64,000 nt of DNA from Somniosus microcephalus (Eukaryota). Both the position numbers and the translations under genes were made by a program. The stretch spans positions 70,370,001 through 70,434,000 of the forward strand of contig CM126216.1 of the NCBI GenBank assembly GCA_052327205.1, in the 5' to 3' direction. The notes below the pieces were generated by a model that saw nothing but the letters and a program-made list of their open reading frames with translations, was not told where the DNA came from and did not search any database. The first letter of the stretch is position 1. Every line of letters starts with the position of its first letter. Positions 12,391 through 25,393 of the stretch are shown piece by piece.

Positions 12391-14619
12391 ATAACAACAG
12401 AAAATGCTGGAAAAACTCAGCAGGCCAGGCAACATCCGTGGAGAGAGAAATAGAGTCAATGTTTCAGGTTGAAACCCTTCGTCAGGACTGAAAAAACACA
12501 GGACATGAAACAGATTAAAAGGCCAGTTTGGGGGTTGGGAAATGGGGATGAAAGAACAAAAGAGAAGTGAAGAGACATTAAGAAGTATTCAAAACGAGAT
12601 GAGATGGTGATAGGACTAGTAAAGAGACAAAAGACGGCTCTAGGTTAGGTGTGAAATGCGCTGGCAGAATGAGAGACAGCTGCCATGTGGGAGAGAAAAA
12701 AGGGGGAAGGGCCAAAACAAAGGTGTGGATAAAAAATATATATAAAAATGTAATAGGGGCCGAGGTTATGATCTGAAATTGTTGAACTCGATATTGAGTC
12801 CAGAAGGCTGTAAAGTGCCTAATCGGAAGATGAGGTGCGGTTCCTTGAGCTTACGCTGGGTTTCCGTAGAACAATGCAAGAGCCCGAGTACGGTGAGGTC
12901 AGAGTGGGAATGGAGCGGTGAATTAAAATGACAGGCGACCAGAAGCTCGGAGTCACCCTTATGGACTGAACGGAGGTGTTTCGCAAAGTGGTCACCCAAT
13001 CTGCGTTTGGTCTCCCCAATGTAGAGGAGACCACATCGTGAGCAGCGAATACAGTATACTAGATTGCAAGAAGTACAAGTAAATCTCTGTTTCACCTGGA
13101 AGGGGTGTTTGGGGCCCTGGACAGTGGGAAGAGGGGGAGGTATAAGGGCAGGTGTTGCATCTCCTGTGCTTGCACGGGAAGGTGCCGGGCGAAGGGGAAG
13201 GGGTGCTGGTGGTGATAGAGGAGTGGACTAGGGTGTTTCAGAGGGAGCGGTCCCTATAGAATGCTGAAAGGGGAGGGGAGGGGAAGATATGTTTGGTGGT
13301 GGGATCATGATGGAGGTGACGGGAATGACGGAGGATGATACGTTGAATGTGGAGGCTGGTGGGGTGAAAGGTGAGGCCAAGGGGAACCCTATCGTGGTTC
13401 CAGGAGGGAGGGGCAGGGGTGAGGGCAGAAGTGCGGGAGATAGAACGGACACGGTTGAGGGCCGTGTCAACCACGGTAGAGGGGAATCCTCGGTTGAGGA
13501 AAAAGGAAGACATGTCGGAAGCACTGGTGTGGAAGGTGGCATCGTCGACGCAGATGCGGCGGAGACGGAGAAACTGGGAGAATGGAATAGAGTCCTTACA
13601 GGAGGCGGGGTGGGAGGAAGTGTAGTCCAGGTAACTGTGGGAGTCAGTGGGCTTGTAGTCAATGTTGGTCAATAACCTATCCCCACAGATGGAGATGGAG
13701 AAGTCGAGGAAGGGAAGGGAAGAGTTGGAGACGGACCATGTGAAGGTGAGGGAAGGGTGGAAATTGGAGACAAAGTGAATGAAATTGTCTAGTTCAGGGC
13801 GAGAGCAGGAAACAGCACCGATAGTCATCAATGTACCGGAAAAAGAGGTGAGGGAGGGGACCTGAGTAGGACTGGAATAAAGAGTGTTCCACATATCCCA
13901 CGAAAAGGCAGGCATAGCTAGGACCCATGCGGATACCCATAGCAACACCTTTGATTTGGAGGAAATGAGTGGAGTCAAAGGAGAAGTTGTTCAATGTGAG
14001 AACAAGTTCAGCCAGGCGGAGGAGGGTGGTGGTTGATGGGGACTGGTCGGGCCTCTGTTCAAGAAGCGGAGCGCCCTCAGGCCGTCCTGGTGGGGGATGG
14101 AGGTGCAGAGGGATTGTACGTCCATGGTGAAAAGGAGGCGGTTGGGGCCAGGAAACTGGAAACTGTTAAAGTGGCGGAGGGCGTCAGAAGAGTCGCGGAT
14201 GTAGGTGGGAAGAGACTGGACAAGAGGAGAAGGTAGAGTCGAGATAGGAAGAAATAAGTTCCGTGGGGCAAGAACAGGCTGAAACGATGGGTCTACCAGG
14301 GCAGTCCTGTTTGTGGATCTTGGGAAGGAGGTAGAAGCGGGCTGTGCGGGGTTGGGGAACTATGAGGTTGGTGGCCGCGGGGGGAAGATCTCCAGAGGAG
14401 ATGAGGTCAATGACAGTCTTGGAAATGGTGGTTTGATGTTCGGTAGTGGGGTCATGGTCCAGGTGGAGGTAGGAGGAGGTGTCGGAGAGTTGGCGTTCAG
14501 CTTCCGCTAGGTAGAGGTCGGTTCGCCAAACAACAACAGCACCACCCTTATCAGCAGGTTTAATGACAATGTCGGGGTTGGATCTGAGAGAATGGAGTGC
14601 TGCAAGTTCAGAGGGAGGT
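12391..14619 (-). mobile_element. Penelope-like retroelement, 5'-truncated (RT, GIY-YIG endonuclease, pLTR)
   Basis: RT pieces NNFSFDSTHFLQIKGVAMG..YIDD, FLDFSI, YKPTDSHSYLDY; GIY-YIG LVYCIRCSRCGLLYIGETKRRL (12766-13095); terminal repeat shared with 38769-39258 and 63478-63960; frameshifts. Confidence 0.92.
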
Positions 14620-14624
14620 AATAC

Positions 14625-15463
14625 AAATTAATTTGTAACTAAAACACATAGAAACAAACAAATTGGGTGCAAGTGCAGCAATAATGCCCACCATACTTCA
14701 GTGAGGAGATGTGACTGTCAACTGAACACAGGCAGACACTATGAAACTGAAGAAAAAGAACAAGGTAGATGATAAAAACAAATGAAATATTTGTTAATGT
14801 TTTCTCAAAAGATGTTAAACTATGTAGGTTTATCATTGAGTACTATGTGCTACCACACTACTCAAAATGTTTAATCTACTCTTATGTACATAAAATCTCC
14901 TGACATGCCTTTAACATGCTAGTGATATTATAACTCCACTAATACAATTATAGAGCTCGTACTTAATCATTTAAAACAGACAGAATAATCACACTTTAAA
15001 TAAATCTTCAGTCATCAATGAAAGATGTTCTTTTTAAAAAAAATACTGTATCAAGACTCTGCAGTAAAAGCTATGCATCAAGGCCAAAGAATTACTTGTC
15101 ACACTGTAATGAATCCGAGGTGGACCCCGCTTAATTTTAAGTATGCTGACAGTATGATGTCATGTCACCAGCCAGATCACTACAGATATATTCTTTGGTT
15201 GTCCGAGGCAGCAGGAATCATTTAAGCACATGCACCAGAAGCGCACTAAAAACAAATTATTATTAGTCTATATTTTACAAAGCAAAAAGAAAACAGACAT
15301 ACACACATAAATTAATTTGTAACTAAAACACATAGAAACAAACAAATTGGGTGCAAGTGCAGCAAAATTGCCCACCATACTTCAGTGAGGAGATGTGACT
15401 GTCAACTGAACACAGGCAGACACTATGAAACTGAAGAAAAAGAAGGTAGATGATAAAAACAAA
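14625..15463 (+). repeat. Local direct duplication of about 155 bp (14625-14782 and 15309-15463)
   Basis: Near-identical copies from AAATTAATTTGTAACTAAAACACATAG to GATGATAAAAACAAA, with a few substitutions and a 3-nt indel. Confidence 0.9.
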
Positions 15464-16579
15464 AATGACAAAACTTAACAATGAAGAGGCCCTAAAAAAG
15501 AAATGAAAAGTCAGCATGATAGGATATGTCAAGCAAAATATAAAAACCACAATTTTAATAAATGAAAATCATCATCAGTTATAACTAATTTGAAAAATTG
15601 CTAAGTACTAAGAACATCCAATTTGGGATGGATTTTAAAGTGAAGAAATGCTTAACTGATGCACTTCAGCAACAGTTCAATTATTCCAAATTCTGAATAA
15701 TTGGGCAGTCATTAGACAGAGTTCTTTAAACATATATCAATACTGCAAGTAGAATTAATTTGTACTCTGAAAATGCTATGCCAGTGACCACTCTGTAGGA
15801 TCTTGCCTCTTCTCTGTGTAACAAGATAAGCTGAAATGAGATATGATTTCTGACAAAACTGATTGAACAGAGTTCAGTATAACACTCCAAATGCTTAAGC
15901 TCTGAATGTGCAGCAGATTTACTCAAACATCTTTTGAAAACTTCTATCTCAAGAGAGTACCAAGATCAGAAGTGAAAGGATTGGCTAATCAATTATATAA
16001 GTCAAGAATGGGCTGGGTGACTCATTAGTTCTGAAAACGTTATGAGATTAACTACTAAATAGGATCAAAAATCAAAGTACAATTTAGCAAATAAAGTAGA
16101 ATTCATAAGATCTGACATTGCCGAGACAGATAAAAATTAAAACATGGCTTGATGCCTACAAGCTTTTCACTGACCTATCTGGAACAACTGATGGAACTAC
16201 TTCCTGAAAATCCATTCCCAGAGTAACAGGTTTTCCCCTGCCTTTGGCCATTTGGGATTACCAGAACTAATTATTTATGCAACCTTTTATCCAGTTGCAA
16301 TATAATTTTCCCCTTCTCCAATGAAGGAGGACATAAGTTACTAAGTAAACTAACTCCTGATGACATATTAATTATGTAAATACTAAGATATTCTAGAAAA
16401 GGGTGCTGTCCTGTAGTCATCTTTCTGAAAGACAACCTAATCACTGCTTCAGTGGGTTGGAACATGTTCTTTTTCCTCTGTGACCAGAAGGAACAAATGT
16501 TGCAAGGGCAGGAAAAAAGCAGCTGGCATTTCTTTTCAATAAAGTTATGTGATAAGTTCTGGCATACAAATAAAGGCAC

Positions 16580-17495
16580 ATGGCAGCAGCCATGCTTACT
16601 CCAAACCTAGGTAAGAAAAACAGAACTGCCTTGTTACATGAAATGGTGAGAAAATATAGATGTGATAGGTCACATGTTAACATCTGCGAGTCCCCACACA
16701 GCAAATGTTTTCATTGTGGCTGTGCTTTCATGGGGAGGAAATATTCAAAGTGCAAGTCAACCCTGGGCACTTGCACACAATGTCTAACATCTGGCACAAA
16801 AGCAACAGTTTGAGGTTTTGGAGCAGGTTGTCTGTCTGGTCTATCAGCTGGAGAATAGTATGTTGCCAGGAAAGAGGAGGTTACAAATGAAAGTGGGATT
16901 GAGTGTGTGCAAGTCAAACTCATCCTTGCCAGGGCAAGATGTAATTTTCCTGTCCCCTTGTGCTCTTGTTTATCAATGAAAAGATGCACGTGGATGTACT
17001 ACAAAATAATGCACCATATGTTTGTTCTTTGGATCTACTGTTTCAAGGCGATTCTAATAATTTATGCAATAACTTTGCAAATTTAGGGTTCACTTTCAGT
17101 AATCCGTACAGATTTAAAATTAAACTCTTTCAGACACCGTAACTTATCTATTCCTCTTAAATCAGAAGAATTGGGACATTCTCATTTCAAAGGAATTTGC
17201 TGAACATTCCAAGGATTACAAAGAAATGAAATTCCACAATGGCACATTCATTCTGCACTGTACAATAAATGACATTGCAGCAATAGAAATGGGCCAACGA
17301 ATGGGTCAGGTCAATTTCTACGATTGTACAACTGCAAAACTCACTATTTGTTTGAGCTACGACCTTGTTCAAAGTAATTTCTACGGTATGCTGCAGGCTG
17401 GCTCACAACACTGGTGTCTTGTTTTCAAGATAAAGGATATGTCAGGATACTGTGATCTATGGAAAAATAAACTATTGAGTGATGCCACAGGATGA
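16580..17495 (+). pseudogene. Endogenous viral element fragment 1: alphavirus-supergroup (virga-like) methyltransferase/capping domain, degraded
   Basis: Across frameshifts: DRSHVNI (cf. tobamovirus DRRPKVNF); LHTMSNIW..QFEVLEQV with His at 16774 (cf. [20 protein letters not shown]); VPLCSCLSMK-DAR at ~16950-16991 (cf. VHCCMPNLDVRDIMR); FILHCTINDIAAIEMG (cf. IALHSIYDIPADEFG); VFKIKDMSGYCDLWKN (cf. FSFASESTLNYCHSYSN). Order and spacing are conserved; comparisons are from memory. Confidence 0.65.
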
Positions 17496-17993
17496 GAATA
17501 AGCATAATTCTTGCTCCCGGCATAAACTATTTCCGTAAGTCACTATTTAGTCCAGAAGTATTTTCTCTACCCATTACATGCACAGGAGTGGGCTAGGGAT
17601 TCTCTCCTTCATAATGCCCCTTCTGGCTTCTCCTCATGACCTCCCAACGGTGACATGGCTGAGATCCACTACTGTCCTAGTGGTTTTTAAATTAGGTGTT
17701 TTCATTTTTTCCCACATTTTGTGAAGTCGGAATGCTTAACACGATTGGTACCAAAGTTGCAAGGTTTAATCTGCAACTGTGTATCCTACTTCTTATGGTG
17801 GGTAGGTTACATGAAGTGAAACTGAACTGGATAGTGGTGAGAAAGGGAAGGAGTCAGGAAAGCTAAACAGAGAGCAGAGAGAGAGACACGGTAGAGGAAA
17901 AAGCTGAAGACGTGAAGCTGAAGAGCCATTGGGAAGAAAGTAACAGTCACCAAGCAGATAAAGAAAGAGGAAAGAAAAAGTTGTATTTATACT

Positions 17994-20900
17994 GGCCTAG
18001 AAATCCGACAAGGCTTGAAAATGAGTGGTGCCACCGCGGGGGCGAGGTTTGCTCGCGCCTGTAAAAAGATCGCAGGCAGCACCGTTATTTTTGTGCTGCC
18101 TGCTGATTTGAATGATTGCAGCGCACAGCCTAGTGAGGAATGCGCTGCCTCAGGCGGTGCGCTCTGCAGGAGGCCCAATGTAGTGTGGCTTTAGCGTCCC
18201 AGGAGCGACGCTGCCTTTTCTTAAAGCAAGGCTGTCATTTTAGAAAGCAATCTCGAGCCCTTCTAAAAAAAAATAAAAATCATTTAAAAATAGACAGTCT
18301 CTAGCCCTTAGAGCTCAACTGCCTTCTGAATAAAAAACTTATTAAAAATCTTTCCAAAATGGTAGTCTTCAGCTCTTAAAGCTGAATTCCCTCCTGCATG
18401 TAAAAAATGGTAAAAGTGTTTCAGCATTAATACAAATGACTCAACAGGTCAGTGAAAGGTCACCCAGGGTGTCGCACGCAGCACTCCAGGAGGTCAAAAG
18501 TGGAAGAGAGGTCCTCTGCCCACAGGGGGCCAGGAGGCCCTCCAGAAAGAAGGATGTGGGATCGTCCCCAGGACCTGGATACAGTGCCCAAAGAAGTTTC
18601 ATGACCTCAGACCAGTGGTTAAGGTCAGTGAATGCATCTTCAAAAGCCGTCTCCTACCAACTGCAGCACTAGCCTCACACACTGCTCAACGCACAACCCC
18701 TCCCCATCACACAACTACCAACAATGTCTACCAAACACGAGGCACATCTCACATTCCTAGCTTCACCTCGTCCCATTTTAGGCAGGGGGGTGGCTGTGCC
18801 CTTGGCCAGCAGCGGGGCTGAAAGAATATAAGATGCTGGTATCCTCATACATTATTCTCCTTCTCACATCCCACTTCCCCCTCTTCCAACAATATCTTCT
18901 GATGTACAAGCTACGCATGGTGTAAGCATGTAGCTCTTGCTTTCCCACCCTCGTCTCACCACAACGCTACCCTCGAGTCTTCCTCATTTCAGACACCCAA
19001 GAAATCCAGTCGGCCCAGCCTGTGGTTGACCAAAAGAGGGAGAGGAGAGTGAAGAAGAAACACCATCACTCGATTTGACACTCCCAGCCACTAGCTCCTC
19101 GAGGTCGTCCTGCAAGGCCATCTGCAAGTCACTGAAAGTCAGCAGCCTTCCACCAGCCATGCTGTAGTCACTGGGGTAGCACTGCATAACATCACTAGAA
19201 TAGGCAAAGGCACATGCAAAACAGTCACCGAGGGGATGCACAAGGGGAAATTAGTTGATATCTTGATGGCATATTGGATGCATATATGGATAAAGATGGA
19301 TTGGAAAGATTGCTTTGTGGTAGCTTTTAGTTCAGCATTGAGGCCCAGAGGACGCTGCGATGGCCAGTAACAGTGGAAAGGTAAGGTGTGGAACAAATGT
19401 TGAAAGGGAAATTGGGGTTGTGGTCACTGGTACTGCAGGCGGATAATTCCATCCTGGATATCCCGGCCAGAAAGGGACTAGCTGGGCTGCATCTTTCTTT
19501 CTGCTTCCTTCCCTTTTGCTTCTTCCTCTTCCCTCTGTGAGCAGCTTGTCCCCTTTGCTGCCTCTGCTTCATCTCCATGTGTCCCCCAGAACAGTGAGCA
19601 AGTGGTCTTCTCAGAGGCAAAATACTACAGATGCTGGAAATCTGAAATAAAAACAGAAAATGCTGGAAATACTCAGGTCAGGCAGCATCTCGACCTGAAA
19701 CATTAACTCTGTTTCTCTCTCCACAGATGCTGCCTGACTTGCTGAGTATTTCCAGCATTTTCTGTCTTCTCAGAGGCTTTCCTTTACCATCCAAAGCCTT
19801 GCAAGTGTCCAGCAGCACTCCCTGCACACTTTAACAACTTTTAAAATGTATTACACTACCCACTACTTCATTAAAATATTTAAAAAGTCCAAAAGCTGAA
19901 ATCAAAACTTACATAAAAGTGTGTGTCCCTCTAAGAAATGCTGACAGTGTCTCTGCAGTGCTGCTACACGCACTGTAAGAAATAGCCGTTAGATTCAAAA
20001 ATGGGTTTTAATTCTTAGAACAGAGGCTGACAACATGCAGCCGGGAACAGATAGCAGAAATGCCAGCAGGGTTGAATATCAAGCATCAAAAGACAAATAG
20101 AAGTGATAAGGGAATCGTAAAATGCAAAACACAGGGTGGGGGATAATAGACAAAAATGGAGCCAAAAAGTCATAAAATGTCCTTAAAAACATTCCTCAGA
20201 AAGATAAGAGGGAGGCCTTGTCAGTCATGCAGAAAGGGACGGCGAGGGATGCCTTCCCGTCTCACAATTGGACAATAGGATGGGGGATCAAATGATTGAC
20301 ACCAGGCGATTACCAGCTCACCAAAATAACTATAAATATAGACGACCGAGAGAGAAAATCAGGCAGTTAGGGGCGAAGGCTTCCCCGAGGTGGCTACGGC
20401 CTAACACTGTGGTCAAGTTTAGCCTCTGAGGTGGCTGATGGCCTAACACCTCCAACAGCTTGAGAGATGACCCAACGGAAGTGACCCCTGCAGCAGACTG
20501 CAGGAATCCACCCAGTCCGAGACCACTGTACTGCCTCCCCGTCCGTCCAGTTGTGGCATTCCGATTTGGGAGTCGTAGATCGCTCTCTGCTGTCACGGGT
20601 TGTATGTCTATTATACTCAGCTTAAACCATATGTAATATCTGATTATGCTTTAAAACTGTAGCTCTTTAATAAAAGCCTTGCAACTTCTAAAACGCTTTT
20701 GGGTAATCTGTGTGTGGCCTGTGATCCTAATCTTACAGCACATTCTTCCGTGCGTGGTTTGGAGAGGAAGTTATGGCATGCGGCGATGTCAAAAATCGCA
20801 GTCGTGCGTCAAATCAGGCGTTGCATGCCAACTGACGTCACTATCTGCTCATTCATTTGAATTTGAGGCCAGCGCTGGCAATGGCAGCACTATGGACCTC

Positions 20901-21005
20901 ACCAAAATGGCAGCGGCTGTGTCCCGCGCTGGAAGCGAGGCGGCTGCCATTTTTTTCAGAAATATGGCGCTAACGGTCGGCGGTAAGGTAGGGAATTTCG
21001 AGGCC
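17994..21005. mobile_element. Degenerate Harbinger element with nested insertions
   Basis: TIR-like ends GGCCTAGAAAT...ATTTCGAGGCC; Myb/SANT-like remnant (REVLCPQG..RTWIQCPKKFHDL) at 18436-18630 on the plus strand, homologous to 33442-33680. Confidence 0.7.
19974..20737 (+). mobile_element. Solo LTR, 764 bp (ERV-like or Gypsy)
   Basis: Inverted ends TGTAAGA...TCTTACA; 4-bp TSD GCAC (19970-19973, 20738-20741); TATAAATA at 20331; AATAAA at ~20668. Confidence 0.8.
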
Positions 21006-23455
21006 AGAGTCCCTTTCATGACCTCAGGGCATCCTAAAGCGCTTTACAGCCAATTAAGTATTTTTGAAGTGTAGTCATTGTTGTAATGTAGGAAGGCGGC
21101 ATGAGGCATGTGCAGTAGTGTTGCAAATAGTCACATTAAGTCAAATCATAAAAGACCCATAAATTGAATGTAAACCTCTGCTGTGGCTCCTTAATGGTTC
21201 AGTGGGAATGATGTGGTACTCGGCCAGACAGTCCAGTTAAGCCTTGGGTTCAATTTCACGTCTATGCAGTCAGCTGATCTCTACCAGAGCAGCAGTGGTG
21301 GCTATAATTAACCTCAATATCCTTAGGTTACATCGGGAGGAAAAAAACAGAGCTCCCACTCTTAACCTACATCCAGTGAACCCTGCTGGAAAGTGCACAC
21401 GTGAAAAAGCCAGGATTGAGCTCTTCTGTGATGTCCCAAGTCAAAAGAACTGCAACTCAGCATGAATTATCTCTTCCAGGTGATAAGGGGAGGAAAATGG
21501 AGGGAGGTGAGAGAGAAGAGAAAAACTGTAGGTATAGTATCAGCAAATATCTAATGGGACCTTTGAAATCAATTGATTGATGTTACAACAAAAGAAATGA
21601 ACCAGACTAAAAATTGTGTAAAAACAATTGTTTTTTTTCCTATGATTATATTATTGTTATTGTCAAGGACACGGGTTGGCATCTTGATACAGACATATAG
21701 AGAGAAAAGAAAGCAACAATAGAAATGCTACTCCCAACAGAGAGACAGAAATAGAAAATTACACACATCTAATTTTTCTTGTATTCTGCACATTTCCCCG
21801 TGTATTTCCTCAGTTTTTAAAAAATATTCAAGCACCAAGGATCAAAATCTCATAATTGTTTAATATTTTCATACTTTTTTGGTGCATTCTCATTTAGTGC
21901 ATGTATACAGTAAAAGACAGAAGTTACTAAAATACAAGACTTGGTGGAGGGGGTAATCACAGGCTACAGAAGAAATTCCGACTGTGATCGAGGGTCACTG
22001 CTAATATTTCAGGCTCAGATCAAAATTGGTTGCACTTTCTTCCCCTAATGGCTGAGTGGGTAAATGCTGCTCTGGGTGTTGTACTGAACTTTAAAGATCA
22101 GGAAGGTTCTGGGTTTGGCCTTTGTCCCTGCCGAGTAGACTGACCTCAGCTGGGTACCAGTAAGAACACTCAGTTAGGGTAATTTTGACTTTGTGCAAAA
22201 TGGGTGATAATAGAAACATAGAAACATAGAAGATAGGAGCAGGAGTAGGCCATTCGGCCCTTCGAGCCTGCTCCGCCATTCAACGAGATCATGGCTGATC
22301 ATCCAAACCTTAGCACCTGGTCCCTACACCGACAGCCATCCCACCCAAGCCCTATCCCCGTAACCCCACGTATTTAATCCCCCCTAACACTAAGGCCCAA
22401 TTTTTATCATGGCCAATCAACCTAACCTGCACATCTTTGGACAGTGGGAGGAAACCGGAGCACCCGGAGGAAACCCACGCAAACACGGGGAGAATGTGCA
22501 AACTCCACACAGTCACCCGAGGCCGGATTTGAACCCGGGTCCCTGGCGCTGTGAGGCAACAGTGCTAACTGTTGTGTATGTAATATGTGTGCTACTTTGA
22601 ACCTATGGACAGGACTGCACTACTTGTAGGGCGTAGTGATACGCAGTACCACTCCTGGCCATAGGGGTATAAATAGTACTGTGGGTACTGATCTCCCCTC
22701 AGTTCCCGCCTGTGGGCATGAAGTAAAGACCTACGTATAGTCCCTACCTCCAACCAGTAAAGACCTGTTTGAGTTATACGGTTAAGTCTTTGTGTTAATT
22801 GTTCAATACAATACACATACTTAACACTGGCGACGAGTCAGGTTCTTACCCTGCGGCAGTTGAAGAGAGGTTTCAATCATCACCACCCCACTAGAAGCTA
22901 CAGGCTTTAGGACTCTGAAGCCTCCATCAGCGACTGAGCACTGGAGTGCAGCAGCCATCCTGACAGCTTCCAGCGACTGACAGAAGTCTTTCTGCAGTTT
23001 CCTTGTTCAACCTAGGTGGTGGGGTAAGCCGTGCAGCGTCGGCTGCAAAGACAGGGCTGGGGAAGTTGGAGAAGATAAGGGCGATCGCAATCCCTGATAA
23101 GAGCCGCGGTGAAACGCGCGAGCGGGTGAGCCAGAGGCCGGGAGCCGCTTCAAGTGCGAGGCGCAGCGCGGGCCAGCGATCGGGACCAAAGATAAGGGCC
23201 GCACTCGGACTGAAAGGCGCGGCGGCTGCAGAAGCTCAAGGTGCGAGAGCCGCGGTGCACAGCGCGGGCTATCGATCGCGGCGAAGATAAGGGCCGCACT
23301 CGGGGGCTGAAGGGAGACGGCGTCGGGGGACGGGTGAAGACCGCCAAGCGCGGGAAAACCGCCATTTTGTGGGCGGAGGACGACGGCAAGAGCGGGAAGC
23401 CGCCATCTTTGATAACAAGTAAAGAAAATAAAATCTGAGAAATTGCAAATCTACA

Positions 23456-24703
23456 ATGCCTAAACACGGGAATATTAGCACCTTTGATAGTGACCTCGAA
23501 GATTGGGCCATATATGTTGAAAGAGTAAAAAATTATTGTAAGGCCAATAAAATTCGTGACCAAGATAAAGTTCTAACATTATTAAATTTAATGGGTGCGA
23601 AGACATACGGGCAATTGAAACACCTGTTATCACCAGATGAACCGGCGGATAAGACGTTCGATGAGATTGTTACTGTCCTGAAAGATCATCTAAACCCCAC
23701 GCCGCTGATGCTAGCGGAACGATTTAAATTTTACGACAGAAGGCAGCTGCAGCATGAAAGCAATGCTGAATATTTGCTGGAATTGCGTCAATTAGCGAAA
23801 TATTGCCAGTTTGGAACGGGACTGACAGATGCACTACGAGACAAATTTGTGTGTGGTTTATTTAAACAGGATACACAAAAGCGACTGCTCGAGGAGAATG
23901 AGCTGACGCTTGAGAAGGCGGTCACTATGGCAGCAGCACACGAAGCCGCAGCGAGAGGCACGGCAGTAATGCAGCTACGGTCACCGGAGCTCAGTGCACA
24001 CAAATTGGGTGTGAGTTCTGTTAAATGTTATCGTTGTGGAAAGACAACGCATGATCAGAACCAGTGTTGGTTTAAAAACCAAGAATGTAGAACTTGTGGT
24101 AGGCTTGGACATATAGCTAGAGTATGCAGGTCAGGGAAGAAGACCAGCAACAAGAAGTCACCGCAAGGAAAATACGCAAAGGTACACAAGGTGACCGAAC
24201 AGGAGTCCGATTCAGACGCTAGCAGTAATGAACTGGCTAGCTTAAGCTGTAATGAACTGGCTAGCTTAAGAGTACTCAACGCTGGTAAGGGTGCAGACCT
24301 CCAGACAATTTGGGTCACTCTTCAGATAGAAGGAGTCCAAGTAAAACTGGAATTGGACACTGGATCGGCATTGACGGTCATAAATAAGAAAGATTACGGA
24401 AGGTTATTCCAACATATTCCCCTACAGGATACGGGGATTATATTGAAAACATACACGGGGCAAAGAGTGTACCCCATCGGGAAAATAGAGGTTGCAGTGG
24501 TCCACAAGGGCGAAGACAGTCAAATAATGGACTTATATGTGATATCTGAAGGAGGTTCTCCACTACTAGGACGGGAGTGGATTAGGAAAATGAATATGGA
24601 CTGGCATTTCCTACAAACAATAACGAGTGAGAACTCGGTGAAGATAGTCGGCCCAGACTCTGGAACGGATGATGGTAAGCCCAACTCAGGTGCAAAAGAC
24701 AAA
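23456..24703 (+). CDS. Gag-protease, 5' part of the chimeric ORF (interrupted by a MITE at 24704)
   Basis: Mag-type Gag (WAIYVER, ERFKFYDRRQ, LRDKFVCG); knuckles CYRCGKTTHDQNQC and CRTCGRLGHIARVC; protease LDTGSA..LLGREW. Confidence 0.92.
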
Positions 24704-25390
24704 GGCCTAGAAATTGAGTTTGCGCTGCGCCAGGGCTTTAGCGCCGGAAGTTAGCGCCGGCGCTAAGTCCCTTTGCGCGCGCCAAAAATTCAGTAGCGCC
24801 GCGCCCAAACGGCTGCCGGCGCTACTGAAGGGTTTTAGCGCCTGAAAACTGGCACAACGCGCCGCATTGCGGCGCTATTCCGGCGCTGCGGCGCCCGCTG
24901 CGGTGCGGCAGGCTCGGGAAGTGCAGGCCTCCTCCTTCCGTTAAGGAGGAGCTGCCTGCACCCGGCCGCGGCCCGCGCAAATCTCTGAAAAAATGAGCCC
25001 GGCACCTCGGACAAGTGCCGGGCTTGCATCTGTTCCGGGGGGGGCGGGGGGGAGAAGTCCGGGGAGGGAGCTGCGGGCAGGCGGCCGGCGGGAAAGCGGC
25101 CGGCTGCCGCGCCTCCTTAAAGCGCCGGCGCAGACTCCGGCAACACTCGTTTGCTGGAGTCTTAGTTGCGGCTGCCACTGGCGAGGCGGCCGCAACTGAA
25201 TTTCGGCTTGGGGCCGGGTTACCACGGCAACCGGGACGCTGCGCACACCGATGACGTCATCGGTGCCGGCGCAGCGCTACCGGTCTACCGCCGCGGAAGG
25301 GCCCCAGGCAATTTAGGAACCGGCGCCAATTGCAGCGCTAGGCCCTCTAGCGCCGCAAAATCGGTGCTAAGGGCACTGAATTTCTAGGCC
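24704..25390. mobile_element. Harbinger-type MITE, 687 bp, very GC/CpG-rich
   Basis: Perfect 12-bp TIRs GGCCTAGAAATT/AATTTCTAGGCC; 3-bp TSD AAA (24701-24703, 25391-25393). Confidence 0.92.
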
Positions 25391-25393
25391 AAA

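Noticed and set aside
14639-15550. Duplicated hydrophobic minus-strand ORFs with DSHISSLKYGG, reminiscent of a TGB2 movement-protein motif
   Set aside because: Wrong strand relative to the EVE, the rest of the motif is missing, and the hydrophobicity follows from the A-rich plus strand.
16580-16813. Cys-rich 77-aa ORF as a zinc-finger protein
   Set aside because: Most cysteines appear to lie out of frame after a frameshift in the methyltransferase remnant.
24704-25390. CpG island or host promoter, and GC-rich ORFs
   Set aside because: Bounded exactly by TIRs and a TSD, so it is a young MITE; the ORFs are a GC-content artefact.
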